This document shows positions 27,301 to 39,300 of a stretch of DNA of 64,000 nt, piece by piece. A program made the position numbers and the translations under genes. Position 1 is the stretch's first letter. Each line of letters begins with the position of its first letter. Below the pieces are notes generated by a model. It was not told where the DNA came from and made no database searches. It saw only the letters and a list, made by a program, of their open reading frames with translations. The stretch comes from Adineta vaga (lineage: Eukaryota; Animalia; Rotifera): assembly GCA_021613535.1 (NCBI GenBank), contig CP075492.1:248001-312000 (forward strand), in the 5' to 3' direction.

Positions 27301-30300
27301 ACTCATGATGAATGCATTTGACAGATGGAAATGATATTTGTGTATTATTCATTGATCGTACAAGTAATTGTTCAGTTGGTAGTGTTAATGATAATTCATA
27401 CAGTGGTTTCTTCGATTGACTATCAATAATAGATGCACATAGATCATACAACAGTGAATGAAATTGTTGTGAAATCTTGTTCATAGTTTCCACGTGAAAC
27501 AAATCTAATGATGCATCGATTGTACATGAAAGTTCATTAGGATCCAAAGTATGATGAAAAGTGAGAATAAAATCAAATTTACTCATCACTTCATCTTCAC
27601 TAATCTCAATCGAATATGGTGCTAAAATAAGTTCACTATCACCAAGATTTACTTTGTCTTGATCGTCATTTGTCATCGATGTTATAAACTGGAATGATGT
27701 ATCAAGAAATGCAGGACTTGATAGATGAGGATGTTGTGCAAGAATACGTTGAAGTGGAAAATATGAATATTTCATACTATTTGTCATCAAGACTCGCATT
27801 TGTTGAGTGAATTGATGAAACGAAGAATGAGGATCAAATTGACATCGAAGAGGAATAGCATTGACAAACATTCCAATTAGAGATCTAAGTTCATCTCGAT
27901 AACGTCCATCTGTATTCATTCCAATGCATAGATCTTGTTCTCCATTGGTTAATTTGAATAAGAAGATGAAATAAGTCATGAGTGACAAATATTCAAGTGA
28001 CATGTTATTTGTCGATGCATATGTAAGAAAGTATTGTGAAAGATCTTGTCCAAAATCAAACGAAATAGATGTTCCACGACCAGTTCGATGTTCATTTGCA
28101 AGACGATATCGATCATATGGTAATGAAAGAGATTGATCAAGTTTACAGTCATGGAGAGTATCAAGCCAAAACATTTCTGCACCAGTCATTGACATTCCTC
28201 GTTCGATAGCAGCATCTACATAGAAGAACAACGATGAATGACATATGAGAAAGAAAAAGTGCGATGTTGAAGATGTATACTTACAATCAAGATATCGAAT
28301 ATTCATTTCATCATCATTGTTGTTGTTATTGCTAAGTAATTCACCTGTTGTATATACTTGATTAAGATCATGAAGAAAGATATGCATTGATGGAAAATCA
28401 AATGCTTCATGATGAAAATTGAAGATGATTATATCTTTATGATGAAGTAGATGATCGGAAGAGATGTGTTTGTAATAGACAAGATGACATCGAAAGACAA
28501 GACCTTGAGTAAGATTGAAGAGTTGAGGATTTCGTTTTTCTTCATGTATGATATTGTTGAGTTGTTGTTGTGTTTCATAAGTACTCTCAATAAATGTAAA
28601 TAATGTCTTTTGATCTGTGGTAATGTCTATGATTCGTTGCATCAATATATTTTTATCTTTGTCGAAAATGAATGCTGTATGAAGTGCAAGATGTTTGCTG
28701 ATAGTGAGATCGAGTGCATGTTGAAGTTGTTTGACTGATATAGTATTGTTTGTAGAAAGGTGATAAACGAAAGGCATGTTGTAGATTGCTACTTGTGGGT
28801 TTTGAGGATCGAATCTCAATTGTTCGTCGAGCCAAATGCGAGCTTGTGCATATGATGCTGGTGCTATAGCAATTGTATTCTATTCGTGTAGGGATAGAAA
28901 CACCAATGATGTAGAGGTGCTGAGGACGCACTCTCCCGAGTGATAGTTTCATAGGGTGTCTCTCTCTCTTTTACAAGTACGTTCAGTATTCATGCGAGTG
29001 GTAGCTAAGTACTCTCTTCAAAGATGAGCTATGGATAAAAAATAAAAATATATGAGTGGCCTAAATCACTCCACAGTTATATCAGAAGTGCCTGTAAAGT
29101 ATTTTTAAATACTTGAAATATTTAATACGATTATCCTTTAGAACTCTAATTGAAGTACAGAGTGAATTCGACGTTAAGTAGCGATCCAGTAAGTTTCAGC
29201 TTTTATATAGAAAATACTTCACCATGTCTCTCTTTCGATATATATGTTTACACTAATCCCTTCGTTTTCTTTAACAAAGAAAGTAAATGAACTACATATA
29301 CTATAGGTAGAAGCAGAAGCAAATAAAATATATTCTCTATGAGAAACTAAAACAAACTAGATTTTGTCTTTCGAACACTCACAAATGAATCAAACAAGTG
29401 TCAACTATATATCTTTCATAGCTGCGATGGCTAAGTGCTTATGTTGTTTAAGATAAATTGAAACTATATTCTGTGCAAACGTCAGTGGCATCATTCATAG
29501 AATAAATTTCAAGAAATCGGGAACGAAATACTTCTCATAATTCTTACACTAGGGTATGGCCTACAATGTTAGTCACGATTTTAGAGAGGAGGAGTGCAAA
29601 TATCACTGTCTATAAAGAGAGAAAAGCTGTAGAGAGCAGTTTGATATGTAAATCATAACAATTATAGTTGTCATCTACACAAGACACGTCTATGAAAGAT
29701 TATTCGTAATATGGATCATCAACAACAATAAAATTTTAATCAGAACAAGACAGAAACCTACCTTCACTTGTGATATTTGATTGTCGATCAAATATAACAT
29801 CATCGATTTCCTTAGCTTCCTTCGCCAATATAAGATCAAGTTTCGATACAGCTGTCCCACACATGTTCACTTCATCCACTATTCCATTCGATACAAACAA
29901 TTGTTCAATACAATACGAAAATCGTTCACCTATATCTGTAACAGTTCCATCATCAAATAAATCATGAGAACATATAAAATACAATGATAATCTATTGTTT
30001 TGTAATGTTGGATCATAAACAAATGTTAACATGAAATCAAATTGAGCCATTTCATCTGATTGTTCTAATGATCCTTGTTCTAGTTTTGTATCATTCATCG
30101 ACAAGGAACTCTCACTTTCAGATAAAGTGATAAAATCGAACATTATTTCCAAAAAGTTAAGATTCGATTGGTTGGCATGAAAGTCATTAAGAATATGTTG
30201 AAGTGGATAATGAGAATGTTTAAGTATTGATAAACACATTTCTCTTACAGAATGAACAACTTCATCAAATGACCAATCTCCATTGAGTTGAATACGATAT

Positions 30301-33300
30301 GGTAATGTTGCTACAAACATTCCTATCATATTATACAATTCAGATCGATATCGATTGGCATTTATACTACCAACACATAAATCAGTTTGATTGTGAGATA
30401 ATTTAAATAGAAATACATAAAATATCGATAGTCCAAGTTGAAAAAATGTAAGATGATGTGATGATGCATAGTTTAGAAATGATGTACATGTAACATCATT
30501 TAGTATTATTTGAGTTGTAGCACCTAAGCCAGATCGATGATGAATTGATGAACGAGATCGATCATATGGTAATGATAATGAATGTTGAAGATCACATCCT
30601 TGAAGTTGAGAATACCAAAACTCACGAGATAAGGACATATCCATGACATGTTCATGAACAGAATAATCAACATATTGAAATGAATTGTCATCTAGAGATA
30701 GCGAACTATGATCTTGATAAGCAAGAGAAAGATCACGAATAAAGATTGATGTTGATGCACCATCAAAGAAAGCATGATGAACAGTAAATAATATTAAATC
30801 ATCTCTATTCAACATATCATCTTCTTCATTTGAACTGTGTGTGTGAGAACGAAGAATATGACAATTAATGACATGTCCTTTTGATAAATCAAATAAATCA
30901 CATTTATTCAAGATTCTCTTCACAATTTCATTCATATCGCCATCTTCTCTGGAAACATTCACTATTGAAAAACCAAATGTTTCACTATTATTGCTTAAAG
31001 TATTCATATCTCGACAATCTTGTACAATAATACCATTTTGATCAAGATAAAGTGCTGTTCTCAGAATCTGATGTTTTCTAATGATACATTGATATGCATG
31101 ATATAATCGTGAAATTGATATATGATGGTCATTTATCGATGATAGACGATATATTAATGGAATAACATACATATTTGTATTGTTATCTGTCGAAGAAGAA
31201 GAAGAAGAAGAAGAAGAAAATCGAATATTTTCATCTAAGAAAATGCGTTCTTGAGCAAAGGATGCTTTCGCTAAAGTGAGAAATAGAATGTGGTTATTAG
31301 AGTATTTTTGAGATTATATTTGTTACCTGTAAGGATATTTAATGAATGCCAAGAATGATCATCTTTACTCAATTCGGTATTGAGAATCTGATGAATAAGT
31401 TTTGCATGATCAATGATAGTTGGATGTTGAAATAGATCAGTAATAGCAATGGAATTTATTTCTAATCGAAATTCTACTTTATAGTGATGTAGAAGTTGCA
31501 TAATAATTAATGAATGGCCACCAATAGAGAATATGTTTGTATTAGTAGAGATTTGTTTTTGTTTCAATAGATCACACCATATATGATGAATAATAGATTC
31601 AATTTTATTTGTTGGTTCTACTAAATCGTTAGTATTGTTGAGTTTAGTTGAAGAGAGAACAAGGGAATCAGGTGAGGGCAATCGTTTTCGATCAATTTTT
31701 CCATTTGGATTGAGAGGTAATTTATCAAGAATAATGAAATAAGATGGAATCATATGCGGTGGAAGATGTGATTGACAATATTCATGTAATTCTTTTTCAC
31801 TAACGACTGAACTTTGAACATAAGCAACTAAATGATCTTCACCCCATTTCACCACAACACAAGTAGATATCGATGTAATACTAAGTAGGCATCGTTCAAT
31901 TTCACCAAGTTCAATCCTTTGTCCATGTAGTTTGACTTGGAAATCTTTCCTTCCTTGATAGTTTAAGTTACCGTTGAAATCCATTTTAACCATATCACCT
32001 GTACGATAATTAATATCGCCATCGATTTCGATAAGTGCTTGTGCTGTCAGATCATCACGGTCAAGATAACCAGCAAAGATACCAACTCCGCGAATTATAA
32101 CTTCACCTTCTTGGCCAGTTAATATAGGTTGACCAAAGCAGTCGATAACTGTGAAATTGTAGTTGGGCAACGGCCTGCCAAGAGGAATGTTTTCGATATC
32201 TGTTCCTAAGTCAATTCGATGGAATAAAGATTGTAGGGTTGTCTCAGCTGGACCACATAAATTCCACAGCGCATACTGCTGGGCAATATTAATATCTATT
32301 AACTTGACCAGATTGATCGAACAACGTTCACCTAATATATGAAAAAAAAATACGATGACTATCAATCGAAACACTAATACAATTACCCCCTGTGCACAAT
32401 GATCGCAAATATTTAGTAGCATAAGATTTTTTACTCCTTGCGATAAAATTGAAAAGATATTGAAGTAACGTCGGCACAGTATATAAAAAAGTAATTTCTT
32501 TTCTTTCCATCGTCGTGGACAGATATTCGAAATCTAGATTTCCTCTCGGATGTAACATCACTAGAGTTGCTCCAATCACCAAACTTCCAAGTATTTCCTG
32601 AAGATGAATATCGAATGAACATCGTGCAATTTGAATAATAGTATCGTTTCTGTTGAATAAATCAATATGTACTAAAGAATGTACAGATTGAGTAAAATTT
32701 CTGTGCCAAACTTGAGCCTACGTATACCAAAAATATTTACTATACTTCATAGTAATTCTTACGCTATCACTCACTGCTTTCGGTAATCCAGTTGATCCAC
32801 TAGTATAAATGATGTATGCGACACTATTCGCTGCTATAAAAACACTGGACAAGCCATTTAAATAAACATCAATATTTCCACCCCCATAAGCAACTACTAC
32901 ATTCTCAATACTACATAGAATAATATTACAATCGAAAAAGTTTGCTGTTAAGTAATGAGCAAAAACAAGATGACTGTGAGTTTGTTCTACGAGTGCATGT
33001 AGACGATGTGGTGGATCTCGTGGAGATAACGGGCAATATACACCACCTGCCATTAGAATTCCCATTATACCAATTACCTAAAACACGAGAAACTTCCTAA
33101 TTATAAACATCACAAAATTATCCAACGCAACCTACCATTGATATACTTCTCTCCACACATTGACAAATAATATCACCAACATTTACACGATATTCATTCA
33201 ATAGAGTCAAAGACAATACTTGAACATAATATAACAGTTCACAATATGTCAACGACTGTTCATCTAATTCTACAGCTAACTTTTGTGAATAGATCATCGC

Positions 33301-36300
33301 TTTAGAAACAAACTCATGATGAATGCATTTGACAGATGGAAATGATATTTGTGTATTATTCATTGATTGTACAAGTAATTGTTCAGTTGGTAGTGTTAAT
33401 GATAATTCATACAGTGGTTTCTTCGATTGACTATCAATAATAGATGCACATAGATCATACAACAGTGAATGAAATTGTTGTGAAATCTTGTTCATAGTTT
33501 CCACGTGAAACAAATCTAATGATGCATCGATTGTACATGAAAGTTCATTAGGATCCAAAGTATGATGAAAAGTGAGAATAAAATCAAATTTACTCATCAC
33601 TTCATCTTCACTAATCTCAATCGAATATGGTGCTAAAATAAGTTCACTATCACCAAGATTTACTTTGTCTTGATCGTCATTTGTCATCGATGTTATAAAC
33701 TGGAATGATGTATCAAGAAATGCAGGACTTGATAGATGAGGATGTTGTGCAAGAATACGTTGAAGTGGAAAATATGAATATTTCATACTATTTGTCATCA
33801 AGACTCGCATTTGTTGAGTGAATTGATGAAACGAAGAATGAGGATCAAATTGACATCGAAGAGGAATAGCATTGACAAACATTCCAATTAGAGATCTAAA
33901 TTCATCTCGATAACGTCCATCTGTATTCATTCCAATGCATAGATCTTGTTCTCCATTGGTTAATTTGAATAAGAAGATGAAATAAGTCATGAGTGACAAA
34001 TATTCAAGTGACATGTTATTTGTCGATGCATATGTAAGAAAGTATTGTGAAAGATCTTGTCCAAAATCAAACGAAATAGATGTTCCACGACCAGTTCGAT
34101 GTTCATTTGCAAGACGATATCGATCATATGGTAATGAAAGAGATTGATCAAGTTTACAGTCATGGAGAGTATCAAGCCAAAACATTTCTGCACCAGTCAT
34201 TGACATTCCTCGTTCGATAGCAGCATCTACATAGAAGAACAACGATGAATGACATATGAGAAAGAAAAAGTGCGATGTTGAAGATGTATACTTACAATCA
34301 AGATATCGAATATTCATTTCATCATCATTGTTGTTGTTATTGCTAAGTAATTCACCTGTTGTATATACTTGATTAAGATCATGAAGAAAGATATGCATTG
34401 ATGGAAAATCAAATGCTTCATGATGAAAATTGAAGATGATTATATCTTTATGATGAAGTAGATGATCGGAAGAGATGTGTTTGTAATAGACAAGATGACA
34501 TCGAAAGACAAGACCTTGAGTAAGATTGAAGAGTTGAGGATTTCGTTTTTCTTCATGTATGATATTGTTGAGTTGTTGTTGTGTTTCATAAGTACTCTCA
34601 ATAAATGTAAATAATGTCTTTTGATCTGTGGTAATGTCTATGATTCGTTGCATCAATATATTTTTATCTTTGTCGAAAATGAATGCTGTATGAAGTGCAA
34701 GATGTTTGCTGATAGTGAGATCGAGTGCATGTTGAAGTTGTTTGACTGATATAGTATTGTTTGTAGAAAGGTGATAAACGAAAGGCATGTTGTAGATTGC
34801 TACTTGTGGGTTTTGAGGATCGAATCTCAATTGTTCGTCGAGCCAAATGCGAGCTTGTGCATATGATGCTGGTGCTATAGCAATTGTATTCTATTCGTGT
34901 AGGGATAGAAACACCGATGATGTGAAGGACAGGATGTAAGATTCTGTCTAGTGATATTTTTGTATAAACTGTCTTTCTCTTTTAGGATTAGACTCGATAT
35001 TCGTGTAAGTGGATGGTAACTGCTTTCTTCAAGAATAAGTTTTGGAAAAGAGTTGAACAATATATCTGATGTGAAATGAGGCTAAATTGTGTAGTAAGTG
35101 ATAGATCGTTTTTTTTGGACAGCTCTCAACGTAAGTTTGGAAGTGACTATAGATGTGCTCGAACAAGAGAGAAGCAGATCGCGAAGAGTGTGATTTATTG
35201 ATTTCAAAGAAGTGAAGAAGATTATTATTAGAATACCACCATATCGATTTGATGCATTGTGTGTTGGGTCAGTGAAATTTATTCGTCGTTGTTCATTTAG
35301 CTGACGAATTTGTTTACGTCAGAGAAGGTTTTTACAGTTTTTAGTCGTATAAACATTCTTTGACGATTATCAATGAGGCATTCTTATTATAAGGCTTACT
35401 GGAAACTGATATGTCCTTTTCGTTCTGCATATTCTGATACCTCACGTCCTCTTCCTCGTGCTGATGACGGTGACATCATAAGAGAGCAGCGCACTATTGG
35501 GTGTTTAACACATTGTTAGCTTTTATTTTATTCTGAAAACTCTTGCCCACTAGACGTTAGTATGGCGGACGGAGTTTAATAAGAACTACTGATCTGTACT
35601 AGTTCAGTTAGTTATGGGTTGTCCTATTTTATACTGATGTGATGAAAATGTTCGTAGTTTTTTCAAAGGAGAAAATCGATCGACGGATGTCGAAGTTAAA
35701 TAAGAGGCAACTGAACTGTCTGGAGACCCCGTAGTTCAAAAGGTCAAGCGACTGCCAGACGATAGAAAAATAAATGTGGAAACTTCGGATTTTATCCGAG
35801 AGTTATGTGTACTGCAAAAAGTGTATGGGAGAGATGAACCATTCTAGAATGTCTACGCATCAAAATTACCACCAGAAATTTTTCGATGAGCAAGATTTTT
35901 CATGTTGAGTTATGAAGGAATTTTTGTATTGGAATCTATCCGAATAACGGTCATATGCAACCTCATGAGTCTATAAAAGATACACATCAGCATTTTAGTA
36001 ACAGATCATCAATATCGATAGGTTTGAAGATCAGGTTTTTCTCTTTTGATAGTCCTTCTGACTAGCTACAAAACTAAGGATTTGGGAAACTCCCAAAATA
36101 CAGATTATATGAAACGTATTCAGGCAATTCGGTGTTAAAATACAGTTTTTGCGCATTTTGAGACCTTTTTTAAGCATTTTTCTTTAGTAAACTATGATTT
36201 GACTCAAAACCAATATCAGATTCGGAATCAGCGTTAAAAACTGAGCCGATTCATATAGGTTTTAAATAATTTTGAGAGAAAATGTTTTTTCAAAAAAACC

Positions 36301-39300
36301 CTGTATCCCCCCTCAGGGATGGTCTGGTCAAAAATGACAATTTTTTCGATAACTCAGCCATTTCTGGAGAGATCATTTTCATCTTCTTCTCTCGACCGAG
36401 ATATTGATGAGACAATTATGTGCACAAAGTTTCAGCTCAATCGAATGTAGTTGTGAAGAGTTATCGTGTAAACGGACGGAGGGACGGCCGGACGGACACA
36501 CAGACCGATTATAGTAGTGTACTCACTTTTTGAGTACACTAAAAATCAAAATAGAGATAACAAAGGATGGAAGGAGAAAACGATGAGAGAGAAGAAAGAG
36601 AAAAGAGAAAAAAATATGTTAATTTAACTAACACGAAAAGAAAAGTTAGCGATAACAGTATATTAACCCTTATCGCTAACACACATTCGGCACGATGGAT
36701 TCCTCCGGTAGGACCCACTATAATTCGACAAGAAAATTTTAAAAAGTCGCTTTCGTTTTCTTTTTACTGCGGTAGAAGGTTACACGGATGTGTTATCTTC
36801 TATTTCGTTTTTGTTGCAATTATTTATTGCGTAGCGTGATGTTTACCATTGAAACAATCAAGACAAAATAAATTTATGACAATCAGAACAAAGGTTTGTG
36901 TTTTCTTTGTTGTCGAAATACTTGCTTCTTTTTACTGTTTTTCTCCTAGCAGCCAGCACAGCGCCTTCGATTATCGCGGGTAGATCGTTCTATTTCCTCA
37001 AGCGTGTGAACAGCGAGTTTGCGCTTCGTCTGACCTGTTCATTCTTGTCTTGGACCAAGTTTCAACTTTTCGGATGGTATACCTGTAGAGAATATAGTGC
37101 GTCATTCTCTAACCAAAAGGTTATTAAGAACATTTCACTAAATGTTCCTGTTTTTCTCTCTCTCTCGTTTTTCTCTTATAAATATATATATGTATGTTCT
37201 ATCTATTGTTGTTGTTGTTCTTCTTCTTCTTCTTGCTCGTCTTGTTCATCTTCCAATACACTTCTACATCATCACAATCCTATTCTATTTCTGTTGTTTC
37301 TGTTTCTTCTATCGTTCTGTTTACAATAAACAAGAACTCACGTTACATTTTATCCACAACATTTACAATACCAAGTAGTAAAGATCAAGCAAGGCTTTCA
37401 CAAAACTGCAGAATGGTCATGTCGCTTGCGGCATAGTTTTACTTGTATATCAGATAGCTATTGTCTAGCGTGGTCCCAAAAATCAATTCACGTAGCACCA
37501 TTCTATTGAGTGTCTGAGACATGTATAGATGGCTGATAGCTGACCAGATAAATCAATACCTTACCCTCGTTTTTTGTAATCCAGCACAACTTGTGGCTTC
37601 ATAACGCGCTCAATCTCAGTCGCTTTTATAGATAAAAGTAACGAGAGACAAGAACAATGAAGAAAAAACTGGACGTTCCATTCTCTTATCGTGCACGTAC
37701 TATTTATGTAACGTAAAAGAACGAAAAAGGAACGTGCAAGATTTTCCATATGGTCGCGAAAAATGACTCATTATGAGGTAACACAAGGAAGGGAACAATA
37801 AATAATCTGTAGAAGACGAAGAAAAGGTCATTAAATGTATTTATTAGAAGTTGATTGTCCATGAAAATAAACTTCTCGAAGAATCTTTGAAAAAAATGAA
37901 TCATGTCGAGTGTGTTAAGAAAACCGCTTTCATGAAATGATGTATTATACTAAACCTTCGCACTACCGTAAACTCTAGCTCATGGGTGCACATATCTCCA
38001 AATGTTTGACATTAGCAGTGGATGTTTTGAAGGTGCAGCACATGTAAAATTTCAGTGGATTTTTTTCTCGCTCGTTTATATATGAATTGATAGAGAATGA
38101 AACGCTGATCACGAATATATATAAATTATTTCGATTTGATCGCTCTTTGTCTGGGATAAACGCTAGATACGTTCTATGACTAAAAATGTCATATATCTTG
38201 CTTCCTGCAGAAAAACTGTTAACATTCAAGATTATTTATTATGTTGAATGTTTTTTAAATATCATATTCTGAATCAACATGGAAAACTGAATCAGAAAAT
38301 CCTATTTGATCATATTCAAAGCAAAAAATGTTTAAAAACTCATGTCTACCAATCATACCGCTATATGCTGAAAAACTACATATCCGGTACTAATCTTCTG
38401 AATCTATCTAGTTTTTTGTATTGAGAGATAGAATGAATTGTCATATATCATTAGAACCGCTACATCAAGGGCTACAAAAGTACTTGTTTAGTTTTTCTAA
38501 ATTTTCTTTAAATGTTGAGAAAATCCGGGTTTTTCCCTTATGCCTGTCAAGATCAAACAAGAAGAACTACAAAATGCGTCAATTTTTGGTAAAATCTCAA
38601 ATAAAAATTCAACGCAAATGCCAAATAAATATCATATTCGGAATCAGCATCAAAAATTACATCGAACCACATGATTTATTAGAAAAAATTTTTTTATCAA
38701 AATGCGACTGTGGAGGACCGCAGGCAAAACCTAAATAAAATTTAGCTGATGGGGGGGGGGGGGGTTACAGGTAATTTTTGATAAAAAAATTTTTTCTAAT
38801 AAATCATGTGGTTCGATGTAATTTTTGATGCTGATTCCGAATATGATATTTATTTGGCATTTGCGTTGAATTTTTATTTGAGATTTTACCAAAAATTGAC
38901 GCATTTTGTAGTTCTTCTTGTTTGATCTTGACAGGCATAAGGGAAAAACCCGGATTTTCTCAACATTTAAAGAAAATTTAGAAAAACTAAACAAGTACTT
39001 TTGTAGCCCTTGATGTAGCGGTTCTAATGATATATGACAATTCATTCTATCTCTCAATACAAAAAACTAGATAGATTCAGAAGATTAGTACCGGATATGT
39101 AGTTTTTCAGCATATAGGGGTATGATTGGTAGACAGGAGTTTTTAAACATTTTTTGCTTTGAATATGATCAAATAGGATTTTCTGATTCAGTTTTCCATG
39201 TTGATTCAGAATATGATATTTAAAAAACATTCAACATAATAAATAATCTTGAATGTTAACAGTTTTTCTGCAGGAAGCAAGATATATGACATTTTTAGTC

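Noticed and set aside
36898-37436. Plus-strand Cys/Ser-rich ORFs and a GQTKRKL GIY-YIG-like word on the minus strand
   Set aside because: Low-complexity microsatellite translation within the piggyBac relic; the GIY-YIG-like word is preceded by a stop and lacks the other motifs.
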